This document shows, in pieces, positions 37,183-47,208 of a stretch of 64,000 bases of DNA (positions are counted from its first letter, which is position 1; every line of letters starts with the position of its first letter). Made by a program: the position numbers and the translations under genes. The notes beneath the pieces were generated by a model that was not told the DNA's origin, did no database searches, and saw nothing but the letters and a program-made list of their open reading frames with translations. This DNA is from Halothiobacillus sp. (lineage in GTDB: Bacteria; Pseudomonadota; Gammaproteobacteria; JAAZVP01): assembly GCA_018623495.1 (NCBI GenBank), contig JAAZVP010000006.1:5353-69352 (forward strand), written 5' to 3'.

Positions 37183-37817
37183 GGTCCGGTGATCTCCTCG
37201 ATGATGGCAGCGATCTCGGCCTTCGCGGCATCGCCCTGCCGGCCCAGGCAGAAGACGCTGCGCCCCTCGATGGCCACGTTGCGGTAGACGGCACGCCGGC
37301 GAATGGGGCTGGCGAGCGCCGGGATCTCGAATTCGGCCAGGGCCTCCTGCATGGCGCGCGAGAGCGCACTGCGCGGCTCGAGCTGGTTCACCACCAGGCA
37401 GGCCTCCAGCCCCGGCCGGATCGGGCGGATCTGCTCGATGGCCCGGGCCAGGCGCATGCTCGCCCAGAGGTCCACCGGCGAGGGCAACACGGGGACCAGC
37501 ACCCGGTCGGAGGCCAGCATGGCCTTGTTCGTCCGCTCGGTCTCCAGCGAAGGCGGGCAATCCACCACGATGAAGTCGTAGTCCCGGCGAAAGCGCTGGA
37601 TTTCGCTGGCCAGGTTGTCCCCCAGCGCGATCACCGGGACGGGGAAGGGCCGCCGCTCCGGGGCCATCCCGCTCCATTGCACCGCCGAACCCTGGGGATC
37701 GGCATCCACCACCAGGGTCCGCCCCCGACCGGACAGGCCCGCGGCCAGGTTCATGGCCAGGGTGGTCTTGCCGCTCCCGCCCTTCTGGTTGGCAATCGAG
37801 AATACCGTCGCAGTCAT
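37179..37817 (-). CDS. ParA/MinD-superfamily ATPase (small, type Ib-like)
   Basis: MTATVFSIANQKGGSGKTTLAMNLAAGL (deviant Walker A with signature Lys), VVDADPQGS, DFIVVDCPPSL. 212 aa. Confidence 0.88.
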   Translation of the reverse strand: MTATVFSIANQKGGSGKTTLAMNLAAGLSGRGRTLVVDADPQGSAVQWSGMAPERRPFPVPVIALGDNLASEIQRFRRDYDFIVVDCPPSLETERTNKAMLASDRVLVPVLPSPVDLWASMRLARAIEQIRPIRPGLEACLVVNQLEPRSALSRAMQEALAEFEIPALASPIRRRAVYRNVAIEGRSVFCLGRQGDAAKAEIAAIIEEITGP

Positions 37818-38135
37818 GCTCTCGTCCCGTGAACCCACGATCGGAGCGCGCCGCGGTGGCCGGCGAGGGAACCCCCGTCCCCGACCACCGCTGCCCCTAC
37901 GGGGCCCACGATATCAGGAATCCGCGCCCATGAGCCTCGCCGACACGGTTCGACGGGCAATGCCGATGCACCGGGAAGAACCCATTGACCCATACCGATG
38001 GATTCCGCGGAAAGGGGCGGGAATCACGCAGGACCGACCGCAAGGCCGTGGAGCATTCCCGGCGGGCCCGGCCGGGGACACGCGAGTCGGCGAACGGCGC
38101 TGACCGTCTCGCCGGGCGCACCGGCCCCGCCGTGA

Positions 38136-39041
38136 TCACTCCCCTTCATCCACCGCCGGCACCGAGGGTGGCCTCCGGCCACCGGAACGGACACTCAACG
38201 CGGTCACCGTGACCAGGATCAGCGCCATGCCCACAAGCTGGGCCCCGACCAGGGTCTCGCTCAGCACCACCACCCCGAAGAGCGAGGCGGTGACCGGCTC
38301 CACCATGGCCACGATCGAGGCCACGGCCGGCGCGGTGTGGTTGAGCCCGATGATGTAGAGCACGAAGGACAGCCCCGCGCCCAGGACCCCCAGCGTCACG
38401 AACAGCGGCCAGTCCGACGTCTGCAGGACCTCGGCCGCCTGGCCGAGGCCGGCCGGCCCGATGAGGGTGACGGCGAGCACCGCGAAGGCGATGGCGAGAA
38501 TCGCCTGGGGGCTGCCGTGGGGCGCGGCGTACTTGAAGCCGAAGATGAACACCGCGTAGGACAGACCCGAGAGCAGCCCGGCCCCCACGCCGATCGCCGT
38601 GACCCCGCTCGCGCCGATGTCGTGGACCCGGGTGAGCAGCATGATGCCGATCATGACCACCACGATCGCGCCCCATTTCCCCGCGCTGGGCTGCTCGAGC
38701 TTGAGCGCGAAGGAGACCAGGTAGACGAACACCGGCGCGCAGTACATCAGCGTCGCCGCCACCGCGACGCTGCCCTCGGAGATGCTGAGGAAATAGAACG
38801 AGAAGTTGCCGGCGACCCCCAGCCCCGCGACCGCCGACCAGAACCACAACCGCGGGTTGCCGAGCCCGCTGCCCCGGGAGCGCAGCGCCAGCCAGACCAG
38901 GACGAACAACAGCCCGATCGCCCCCCGGTAGAAGGAGACCACGAAGGCATCCCAGCCCCCGTCCATGAGGATCGCGGCAATCCCGCCGGAGAGCCCCCAG
39001 AAAAAGGCCGCCAACGCCACCAGAACCGTGCTTGCACCCAC
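38136..39041 (-). CDS. EamA/DMT family transporter
   Basis: GTG 39041 preceded by AAGGAGG. 10 TM helices in two EamA repeats (FFWGLSGG...; ...LGLNHTAPAVASIVAMVEPVTASLFGVVVLSE). Confidence 0.85.
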   Translation of the reverse strand: MGASTVLVALAAFFWGLSGGIAAILMDGGWDAFVVSFYRGAIGLLFVLVWLALRSRGSGLGNPRLWFWSAVAGLGVAGNFSFYFLSISEGSVAVAATLMYCAPVFVYLVSFALKLEQPSAGKWGAIVVVMIGIMLLTRVHDIGASGVTAIGVGAGLLSGLSYAVFIFGFKYAAPHGSPQAILAIAFAVLAVTLIGPAGLGQAAEVLQTSDWPLFVTLGVLGAGLSFVLYIIGLNHTAPAVASIVAMVEPVTASLFGVVVLSETLVGAQLVGMALILVTVTALSVRSGGRRPPSVPAVDEGE

Positions 39042-39279
39042 TGGATCCGACCTCCTTTGCCCAACAAACGCGGGCCGGCAGCCTAACAATCCCGGCCCAC
39101 CGACCAAACCGCGAGGAATGCCGGTCCATTGCCGAAAGGCCGGCCCCGCGGGACGCGGCACGCCGGGCGAAACACGTCGATGCGGCGGGAGGCATCCGGC
39201 CGGGCAGACCGTGGGGCCCCGGGCGTCCCGGGCCCCCTTCACCGTCATCGAGCCCGCACCCGGTCCTTCGACCGCTCGA

Positions 39280-39936
39280 TCAGCCGAGGGTCCCGGCGCT
39301 CTCGCAGATGGCCTCCAGCGGACAGCCGGCACACACCGGCCTTTTCCGGCAGTGCGTCTTGGCATGGCGCACGATCAGGGCGTGGTACTCGTTGAACAGC
39401 GCCACGTCGGCGGGCAGCTCGCGCTCGAACAGCGCCCGCAGGGCCTCGTAGGCCAGCCCCTCCACGTCGTGGCCCACCCGGCCGATGATCCGGCGGGTGT
39501 AGGCGTCGATGACGAACACCGGGCGCTCGAAGGCGTACAGGAGGATGTCGTCGGCGGTCTCGGGACCGATGCCGTGGACGGCCAGCAGGCGGCTGCGCAG
39601 CGTCCCGGTATCGACCCGGGCCAGCGGCTCGAAGCCGCCGGCGTCGATATACCAGCGGGTGAAGGCCTGCAGGCGGCGGGCCTTGACGTTGAAGTAGCCG
39701 GCCGGGCGGATGGCCTCGGCGAGCCGCTCGACGGGGGCGTCCAGCAGGGGCCGGGGTTCGAGCAGACCGGCGTCGGCCAGCCGGAGGATGGCGCGCTCGA
39801 CGTTGGTCCAGGCGGTGTTCTGGGTGAGCACCGCGCCCACCATCATCTCGAAGTGGCCGTCCGCCGGCCACCAGCCCTGCGGACCATGGGCGGCGAGCAG
39901 GCGATCGAAGATCGCCCGCAGGGCCGGCGCGCTCAT
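39280..39936 (-). CDS. Endonuclease III-related HhH-GPD protein with a C-terminal Fe-S cluster loop
   Basis: [16 protein letters not shown]...[20 protein letters not shown]...VIDAYTRR...[16 protein letters not shown]. The ATG overlaps the rluB stop. Confidence 0.85.
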   Translation of the reverse strand: MSAPALRAIFDRLLAAHGPQGWWPADGHFEMMVGAVLTQNTAWTNVERAILRLADAGLLEPRPLLDAPVERLAEAIRPAGYFNVKARRLQAFTRWYIDAGGFEPLARVDTGTLRSRLLAVHGIGPETADDILLYAFERPVFVIDAYTRRIIGRVGHDVEGLAYEALRALFERELPADVALFNEYHALIVRHAKTHCRKRPVCAGCPLEAICESAGTLG

Positions 39937-40781
39937 CGGCGGCGCTTGCGCGGCGGGCCGCCCTTGCCGGACCGGCCGCCGCGACGGCCGGGCCGACCGG
40001 GGCGCTTGCCCGGGCCGCCCGCGCGGGCGGGCTTCTTCTGCGGCTCGAGGCCCACCATCTGGCCGAGCTCGTTGACCTCGCCGGGGGTGAGCTCCGCGGT
40101 ACGGCCCTGGGCCAGGCCGGGGGGCAGGATCACCGGCCCGTAGCGCACGCGGATCAGCCGCGAGACCTTGAGCCCCTGGGATTCCCACAGCCGACGCACC
40201 TCGCGCTTGCGGCCCTCGAGGATGACGACGTGGTACCAGCGGTTGGCACCCTCGCCGCCGGAGTCGACGATCTCCTCGAAACGCGCGGGCCCGTCGTCGA
40301 GCTGCACGCCGTTGACCAGGTTCTCCAGCACCCGGCCGTCCACCTCGCCGAACACGCGCACGGCGTACTCGCGCTCCACCTGGCTGGAGGGGTGCATCAG
40401 GCGGTTGGCCAGCTCGCCGTCGGTGGTGAGCAGCAGCAACCCGGAGGTGTTGACGTCCAGCCGGCCGACGCTGATCCAGCGGCCCACCTCGAGCCGGGGC
40501 AGGCGCTCGAACACCGTGGGCCGGCCCTCCGGGTCGGAGCGGGTGGTCACCTCGCCCTCGGGCTTGTGGTAGATGAGCACCCGGCGCGGCAGGCTCTCCA
40601 GGCCGCCGAGATCCACGGCGCGGCCGCGCACGCGGACCTCGTCCCCGGGGCCGGCGCGCTCGCCCAGGCGGGCGACGCGGCCGTTGACTTCCACCTCGCC
40701 GTCGGCGATCCACTGCTCGACCTGGCGGCGCGAGCCGAGACCGGCGTGGGCGAGGAGTTTCTGCAATCGTTCCTTGCTCAT
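39933..40781 (-). CDS. rluB: 23S rRNA pseudouridine(2605) synthase RluB
   Basis: [25 protein letters not shown] (S4 domain), [27 protein letters not shown], Arg/Gly/Lys-rich C-terminal tail. Confidence 0.9.
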   Translation of the reverse strand: MSKERLQKLLAHAGLGSRRQVEQWIADGEVEVNGRVARLGERAGPGDEVRVRGRAVDLGGLESLPRRVLIYHKPEGEVTTRSDPEGRPTVFERLPRLEVGRWISVGRLDVNTSGLLLLTTDGELANRLMHPSSQVEREYAVRVFGEVDGRVLENLVNGVQLDDGPARFEEIVDSGGEGANRWYHVVILEGRKREVRRLWESQGLKVSRLIRVRYGPVILPPGLAQGRTAELTPGEVNELGQMVGLEPQKKPARAGGPGKRPGRPGRRGGRSGKGGPPRKRRR

Positions 40782-40803
40782 GGGATCTGTGGGCAACCGG
40801 TTG

Positions 40804-40900
40804 TCACAGTTGGATGATGAACCAGGCGGCGAAGGCGAGCGCGGCGAACACCAGCACGAGCTTGAACGCGATCAGGCGCTTGAGCAGGCGCCTGCCCTCT

Positions 40901-40923
<23 letters not shown>
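40804..40923 (-). CDS. Candidate 39-aa single-TM small protein
   Basis: Not in the ORF track. [48 protein letters not shown] lies 5 nt upstream of the ATG. The start overlaps the last 23 nt of scpB. It fills the scpB-rluB gap. Confidence 0.35.
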
Positions 40924-41480
<557 letters not shown>

Positions 41481-41491
<11 letters not shown>

Positions 41492-42275
41492 GCTCGCTCC
41501 CGGCGCTGCAGACGTGGATGCGGCCGAAGGTCTCGCTCTGTACCACTTCCAGCAGGGCCTCCTTGAGCAGTTCCAGGATCGCGAGGAAGGTCACCACCGC
41601 CCCGCTGCGCCCCTCCTCGACGTCGAACAGCGCCTCGAAGGGAACGAACGCCTCGCCGCCCAGCCGCTCGAGCACCTGACTCATGCGCTCGCGCACGGAG
41701 AGTTCCTCGCGGGCCACGGTGTGCCGGGTGTACATCCGGGCCCGCTGGAGCACCCGGCGGTAGGCGGCCAGCAGCTCGTCGAGCTCCACGTCCGGATCGG
41801 GGCTCAGCACCTCCATCGGCGGGCGCTCGGCGGCGAGGACGAAGATCTCGCGCGAGACCCGCGGGAGGGCGTCGATGTCCTCCGCGGCCCGGCGGAAGCG
41901 CTCGTATTCCTGCAGCCGGCGGACCAGCTCGGCGCGCGGGTCGATGTCCTCCTCGTCGTCGGCGGCCGGGCGCGGCAGCAGCATCCGCGACTTGATCTCG
42001 GCCAGCCAGGCCGCCATCGCCAGGTACTCCGCGGCCAGCTCGAAGCGCATCTCGCGCATCAGCCGGATGTATTCCATGTACTGGGCGGTGACCCGGGCGA
42101 TGGGGATGTCGAGGATGTCCAGATTCTGCTTGCGAATCAGGTAGAGCAGCAAGTCCAGCGGGCCCTCGAAGGACTCCAGGATCACCGCCAGGGCGTCCGG
42201 CGGGATGTAGAGGTCCTCGGGGATGTCGACGGGCTCGCCGCGTACCCGCGCCAGCGTCTCGGCCGTCTCCGCCAT
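41481..42275 (-). CDS. scpA: Segregation and condensation protein A
   Basis: ATG 42275. FEGPLDLLLYLIRKQNLDILDIPIARVTAQYMEYI...ELAAEYLAMAAWLAEIKSRMLLP. Confidence 0.9.
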
Positions 42276-42277
42276 GC

Positions 42278-42928
42278 TCAGAGCCCCACCAGCGCGCGCA
42301 GCAGCCCGCGCAGGAAGAAGATCGCCGGCAACAGGATCCGGCCCAGCACACCGGTGACCAGCAGGAGCACCAGGATGATCAGGCCGTAGGGCTCGATGCG
42401 GGCGAAACCCGCCGCCAGGTCGCGCGGCAGCAGGCCGGTGAGGATGCGCCCCCCGTCCAGCGGCGGGATGGGCAGGAGGTTGAGGACCATCAGCACCAGG
42501 TTGATGAAGATGCCGGCCTCCGACATCAGCACCAGCGGCGTGGCGATCCACGGCTGGCTGGCGAGCAGCGCCAGGCCCAGCTTGAGCAGGCCCACCCAGA
42601 TCAGCGCCATCAGCAGGTTGGCCCCGGGGCCGGCGGCGGCCACCCAGATCATGTCCCGGCGCGGGTTGTTCAGCCGCCGGAAGTCCACCGGCACGGGCTT
42701 GGCCCAGCCGAAGACGAAGGAAGTGAGCACCAACATCACCCCGGGCACCAGGACGGTGCCCACCGGGTCGATGTGGCGGATGGGGTTGAGGGTCAGGCGG
42801 CCCTGGTCGCGGGCCGTGGGATCGCCCAGGCGGTCGGCGACCCAGCCGTGGGCCACCTCGTGGACCGTGATGGCGAAGATCACCGGCAGGGCCCAGACCG
42901 CGATCTTCTGGACCAGGGTGAGCTCCAT
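42278..42928 (-). CDS. Site-2 protease (peptidase M50) family membrane protein
   Basis: HEVAHGWVA (HExxH), multi-TM, LLPIPPLDGG. Confidence 0.85.
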   Translation of the reverse strand: MELTLVQKIAVWALPVIFAITVHEVAHGWVADRLGDPTARDQGRLTLNPIRHIDPVGTVLVPGVMLVLTSFVFGWAKPVPVDFRRLNNPRRDMIWVAAAGPGANLLMALIWVGLLKLGLALLASQPWIATPLVLMSEAGIFINLVLMVLNLLPIPPLDGGRILTGLLPRDLAAGFARIEPYGLIILVLLLVTGVLGRILLPAIFFLRGLLRALVGL

Positions 42929-43557
42929 CAGGGTCGCTCCACGTCCGCCGGCACCTCGCCCTGTCCCTCGCGTACCAGCACCGGCGCCTCACCGGAGAGG
43001 TCGATCACCGTGCTGGGCTGCAGCCTGCCCTCCCCGCCGTCGATGATCACGTCCACCTGGCGGTCGAGCCGGTCGATGATCTCGTTGGGGTCGGTGAGCG
43101 GCTGCTGCTCGCCGGGCAGGATCAGCGAGGAACTCATCAGCGGCTCGCCCAGGGCCTCGATCAGCGCCTGGCAGATGGGATCGCCGGGGATGCGGATGCC
43201 GATGGAGCGCCGCTTGGGGTGCTGCAGCCGGCGCGGCACCTCGCGGCTGGCCGGCAGGATGAAGGTGTAGGGTCCCGGGGTCCGCTCCTTGAGCAGGCGG
43301 AAGTCCCGGTTGGTGAACTGGGCATAGGCCGAGATCTCGGAGACGTCGCGGCACAACAGCGTCAGGTGGTGATCCTCGCGCAGGCCGCGCAGCTGGCGGA
43401 TGCGCTCGACCCCCTTCTTGTTGCCCAGCCGGCAACCGATGGCGTAGCAGGAGTCGGTGGGATAGACCACCACGCCCCCGCGGGCGATCTCGGCCACCGC
43501 CTGGCGGACCAGGCGCGGCTGGGGATTGTCGGGATGGATCTGCAGGACGGTGCTCAT
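42928..43557 (-). CDS. yciO: L-threonylcarbamoyladenylate synthase-like protein YciO (Sua5/YrdC/YciO family)
   Basis: GGVVVYPTDSCYAIGC...ERIRQLRG...HLTLLC.D.S......F.LLK..TPGPYTFIL. Confidence 0.88.
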   Translation of the reverse strand: MSTVLQIHPDNPQPRLVRQAVAEIARGGVVVYPTDSCYAIGCRLGNKKGVERIRQLRGLREDHHLTLLCRDVSEISAYAQFTNRDFRLLKERTPGPYTFILPASREVPRRLQHPKRRSIGIRIPGDPICQALIEALGEPLMSSSLILPGEQQPLTDPNEIIDRLDRQVDVIIDGGEGRLQPSTVIDLSGEAPVLVREGQGEVPADVERP

Positions 43558-43653
43558 GGACGACTCGCTCGGGAAACGCGGCCCGGATGACCCTGTGCGG
43601 CCGGCAGTGATAACTTTCCGGCATCGTACTCAATCCTGCCGGACAAACAGCCG

Positions 43654-44196
43654 ATGAAGCTGCTCTTCGACCTCTTCCCGGTCATCCTCTTCTTCGTGGC
43701 CTACAAGGCCGCCGGAATCTACGTGGCCACGGCCGTGGCCATCGCGGCTTCCTTTATACAGGTGGGACTCTACTGGCTCAAGCGACGCCGCTTCGAGACC
43801 ATGCACCTGGTCTCGCTGGGCCTGATCGCCGTGTTCGGCGGCGCCACCCTGCTGCTGCAGGACCCGGTATTCATCAAGTGGAAACCCACCATCCTCAACT
43901 GGCTGTTCGCGGCGGTCTTCGTGGGCAGCCAGTTCGTCGGCGAGAAGCCGCTGGTCCAGCGGCTGATGGGCCACGCCGTGCAGGTCCCGGACTTCGCCTG
44001 GCGGCGGGTGAACCTGCTCTGGGCGGCCTTCTTCGTCCTCTCCGGCGTCGCCAACCTGTTCGTCGCCTTCAACTACAGCGAGGACACCTGGGTGAACTTC
44101 AAGCTCTTCGGCCTGATGGGCATGACCTTCGTGTTCATCATCGCCCAGTCGTTCTACCTCGCCCGCTTCATGGTCGAGGAAACCGAGGAGGCCTGA
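43654..44196 (+). CDS. yciB: Intracellular septation protein A
   Basis: MKLLFDLFPVILFFVAYK...FIKWKPTILNWLFA...WRRVNL.W..FF...G..NL.VAF. Confidence 0.9.
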   Translation: MKLLFDLFPVILFFVAYKAAGIYVATAVAIAASFIQVGLYWLKRRRFETMHLVSLGLIAVFGGATLLLQDPVFIKWKPTILNWLFAAVFVGSQFVGEKPLVQRLMGHAVQVPDFAWRRVNLLWAAFFVLSGVANLFVAFNYSEDTWVNFKLFGLMGMTFVFIIAQSFYLARFMVEETEEA

Positions 44197-44490
44197 ATGC
44201 GCGTCGCCATCATCGCCGAGGACGCCCCCGGAAGCCGGGCAGCGCGCCAGGCCGCCCGCCCGGCCCACCTTGCCCGGCTCGAGGCGCTGGACGCCGAGGG
44301 CCGGCTGGTGCTCGCCGGACCCTTCCCGGCCGAGGAGGAACCCGCGGGCTTCTCCGGCAGTCTGATCGTTGCCGACTTCGAGTCGCTCGGCGCGGCCCGG
44401 GACTGGGCCGCGGCCGATCCCTACCGCGAGGCCGGGGTCTACGCCTCGGTCGACGTCAAACCCTTCAAGCAGGTATTTCCAGGACGATGA
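44197..44490 (+). CDS. YciI family protein
   Basis: ARPAHLARLEALDAEGRLVLAGPF...ADPYREAGVY. Directly after yciB, as in E. coli. Confidence 0.85.
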   Translation: MRVAIIAEDAPGSRAARQAARPAHLARLEALDAEGRLVLAGPFPAEEEPAGFSGSLIVADFESLGAARDWAAADPYREAGVYASVDVKPFKQVFPGR

Positions 44491-45326
44491 AAGCCATGAA
44501 GATGACCCGCTCCTTCACCACCGCCGCCCTCGCCATCGCCGTCACCGTGGGCTGCCAGGCCCCGGCCGAGAACGCCAATGCCGCCGGCGACACCCCGGCC
44601 GCGGTGGTCAACGGCACCCCCATCAGCCAGCAGACCGTCGACCTGCTGCGCCAGGGCGGCCAGCAGCAGGGCCAGCCTCGCGACCCCGAGGCCCACCTCG
44701 ACCAGCTGGTGACCCTCGAGGTGCTGGCCCAGAAGGCCCGCGAGCAGGGCCTGGACGAGAAACCCCAGGTCCGGGCCGAGCTCTGGCAGAAGCAGGCCGC
44801 CACCCTGGCCAACGCCCTGATCGGCGACTACATCGACGCCCACCCCGTCACCGACAAGGAACTGCGCGCCGAGTACGACAAGCGCGTGGCGGACCAGGCC
44901 GGCGGCGTCGAGTACAAGGCCCGCCACATCCTGGTGGACGACGAGGACAAGGCCGAGTCGCTGATCGACGAGCTCGACGGCGGCGCGGACTTCGCCGAGC
45001 TGGCCAGGGCCGAGTCCACCGGCCCCTCCGGCAAGAAGGGCGGGGATCTCGGCTGGTTCGGCCCCGAGCGCATGGTGCCGGCCTTCAGCAAGGCCGTGCA
45101 GGCCCTCGAACCGGGCCACTACAGCGAATCGCCGGTGAAAACCCGCTTCGGGTGGCATGTTATACTGCTCGAGGATACGCGGGACAAACAGCCGCCGTCC
45201 TTCGACCAGCTCAAGCAGCGGATCCGCGTGGACCTGGTCAACCAGAAGCTCGACGCCTACATCCGCGACCTGCGCGAGGCCGCGGACGTGACCATCGAGC
45301 AGCAACCGCAGGATTCCGGGGCCTGA
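44487..45326 (+). CDS. PpiC/parvulin-type peptidyl-prolyl isomerase, lipoprotein
   Basis: Lipobox TVGC. YKARHILV...FAELA...S.....GGDLGWF....MVPAF......L..G......V.T.FGWHVI. Confidence 0.85.
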   Translation: MKAMKMTRSFTTAALAIAVTVGCQAPAENANAAGDTPAAVVNGTPISQQTVDLLRQGGQQQGQPRDPEAHLDQLVTLEVLAQKAREQGLDEKPQVRAELWQKQAATLANALIGDYIDAHPVTDKELRAEYDKRVADQAGGVEYKARHILVDDEDKAESLIDELDGGADFAELARAESTGPSGKKGGDLGWFGPERMVPAFSKAVQALEPGHYSESPVKTRFGWHVILLEDTRDKQPPSFDQLKQRIRVDLVNQKLDAYIRDLREAADVTIEQQPQDSGA

Positions 45327-45369
45327 CGCGCCCCGGCGAACACCCACCCCACTGCCAGAGAGACGCCGG

Positions 45370-45867
45370 GTGATGAACCAACCAGTCGACAGCAGCCTGC
45401 TGGAAAACACCGCGCTGACCACCGAGCTCACCGCCGAGGAATGCGCCATCCTCGCCGGCATCGCGCACCTGCGCGAGCTGGAGAGTGGCGACATCCTCTT
45501 CAGCGAGGGCGAGGAAGACGACCGCCTGTTCGTGATCGTCTCCGGCCGGCTGGCGGTGACCCGCTCCGTGGGCCGCGACCGGTGGGACACGCTCAAGCTG
45601 CTCGACCCCGGCGACATGGCCGGCGAGTCCGCCTTCATCGAGGGCGGACCGCACTCGGTCACCCTGCGCGCCGTGGGCGCGACCACGGTGGTGGGCCTGG
45701 GACGCGAATCCTTCGAGGCGCTGCTCGACCAGCACCCGCGCATGGTCTACCGGGTGATGCGCTCGATCATCCACCACCTGCGCGAGATCATGCACCAGAT
45801 GAACGAGCAGCACGTGCAGATGACCCAGTACATCAACCAGGCGGGTTACGGCTCCAGCTACCGCTGA
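45370..45867 (+). CDS. Stand-alone cyclic-nucleotide-binding domain protein
   Basis: GDILFSEGEEDDRLFVIVSGRLAV...LDPGDMAGESAFIEGGPHSVTLRA (cNMP beta-roll, FGE-like and RA motifs). Confidence 0.8.
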   Translation: MMNQPVDSSLLENTALTTELTAEECAILAGIAHLRELESGDILFSEGEEDDRLFVIVSGRLAVTRSVGRDRWDTLKLLDPGDMAGESAFIEGGPHSVTLRAVGATTVVGLGRESFEALLDQHPRMVYRVMRSIIHHLREIMHQMNEQHVQMTQYINQAGYGSSYR

Positions 45868-45894
45868 CCGCGGGCCCGCCCCGTCCCGGCAACG

Positions 45895-45926
45895 AAAAAG
45901 CCCGGCGCCATGCGCCGGGCTTTTTT
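45895..45926. terminator. Bidirectional intrinsic terminator
   Basis: AAAAA-GCCCGGCGC-CAT-GCGCCGGGC-TTTTTT. Confidence 0.8.
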
Positions 45927-45963
45927 CGGGCGGGAGACACGGCCACCCGCCTGCCCGATGCCT

Positions 45964-45991
45964 CCGCCCCGCTCCGCCCGGAGCGGGGCGG
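45964..45991. terminator. 12-bp perfect hairpin downstream of sspB
   Basis: CCGCCCCGCTCC-GCCC-GGAGCGGGGCGG. No U tract on either strand. Confidence 0.45.
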
Positions 45992-46006
45992 CGTTCCGGG
46001 TCGCGC

Positions 46007-46432
46007 CTACTTGATGACCTTCAGGTTGGGCCGACCCTTCTCCTTGCCGCCTTCCGGCTTGTCCTCGCTCTCGGCGTCCGCCTCGGCGGCCGGGGCGCCG
46101 GCAGCGCTGCCGTCGGCGGCGCCCGGCTCGTCGGCGAACATCATGCCGCGACCGTTCTCGCGGTCATAGATGGCCTTGACCGCCTCGATGGGCACGTAGA
46201 CCTCCATCGGCTGGCCGGAGAAACGGGCGTTGAAGGACACCGCCTCGTTGTCCATCTGCAGGCCCTGGACCGCGGTATAGCCCACGTTGAGAATGATCTG
46301 GCCGTCGCGCACGAAGGCCTCGGGAACCACCACGCCCGGCTGGGTGGCGTCCACCAGCAGGTGGGGTACGTGGCCGTTGTCCACGATCCACTCGTGCAGG
46401 GCACGGATCAGGTAGGGTCGGCTGGAAGTCAT
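46007..46432 (-). CDS. sspB: ClpXP adaptor / stringent starvation protein B
   Basis: ATG 46432. SRPYLIRALHEWIVDNGHVPHLLVDA...FNARFSG. Acidic linker, C-terminal ...PNLKVIK ClpX-binding tail. Confidence 0.9.
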   Translation of the reverse strand: MTSSRPYLIRALHEWIVDNGHVPHLLVDATQPGVVVPEAFVRDGQIILNVGYTAVQGLQMDNEAVSFNARFSGQPMEVYVPIEAVKAIYDRENGRGMMFADEPGAADGSAAGAPAAEADAESEDKPEGGKEKGRPNLKVIK

Positions 46433-46488
46433 GCTCACCTCGCGTTGACGCACCGGGGCGACGGCGCCGCCCCACGGTGGATTTGGAC

Positions 46489-47112
46489 TCAGTCGCGCAT
46501 CTCGCGTTCCGCGCGCGAGAGGCTGGCGCGGAAGGTCGGCCGCTCGAAGATCCGCTCGGCGTAGGCCTGCACGGCGGCGGGCTGGCCCGGCAGCTCGACA
46601 CCCCAGTGCGGCAGGCGCCAGAGGATCGGCGCGATGGTGGCGTCGAGGAGGGTGAACTCCTCGTTGAGGAAGAACGGCATGTGGGCGAACACCTCGGAGA
46701 TCGAGGCGATGCTCTCGCCCAGCCGCTTGCGCCCGCGGGCACCGTCGGCCACGCCGGTGCCCGCGGGGTCGAGCAGGCCGTACCAGTCCCGCTCGATGCG
46801 CTCGAGGGTCTGGCGCGTGCGCGCCCGGGCCACGGGGTCCACCGGCATCAGCGGGGGATGGGGGAAACGCTCGTCGAGGTATTCCATCATCACCGCCGGC
46901 GAGTACAGCGCCAGGTCGCGGTCGACCAGGGTCGGTACCGAGCCGTAGGGATTGAGATCGAGCAGATCCTCGGGCTTGTTGTCCGGGTCCACGTCGATGA
47001 GCTCGGCCGAGAGCTCCTTTTCCGCGAGCACGATTCGGACCCGGTGGCTTTCGGGACACTCGGGTACCGAGAACAGGGTCATCACGGAGCGACGGGCGGC
47101 ACTCGTAGCCAT
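46489..47112 (-). CDS. sspA: Stringent starvation protein A
   Basis: MTLFS....P.SHRVRIVLAEK......IDVD....PEDL..LNPYGSVPTLVDRDL.LY....MMEYLDERFPHPPLMP. Confidence 0.92.
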   Translation of the reverse strand: MATSAARRSVMTLFSVPECPESHRVRIVLAEKELSAELIDVDPDNKPEDLLDLNPYGSVPTLVDRDLALYSPAVMMEYLDERFPHPPLMPVDPVARARTRQTLERIERDWYGLLDPAGTGVADGARGRKRLGESIASISEVFAHMPFFLNEEFTLLDATIAPILWRLPHWGVELPGQPAAVQAYAERIFERPTFRASLSRAEREMRD

Positions 47113-47208
47113 GGGCGCAAAATCTCCTGCATTGGCCGGGGCGATGGCCCGACAGGGGCCGGGCAAGAGGCCCATTCTATCACAGGGCCCCCTGCCCCCG
47201 CGGCCGCC

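Noticed and set aside
37179-37817. Chromosome-partitioning ParA/Soj or plasmid/ICE remnant
   Set aside because: There is no ParB/Spo0J, no gidAB/ori context, no parS-like repeat array that I could find, and no integrase, relaxase or replication genes nearby. The flanks are housekeeping genes. Treated instead as an orphan positioning ATPase with a small adaptor.
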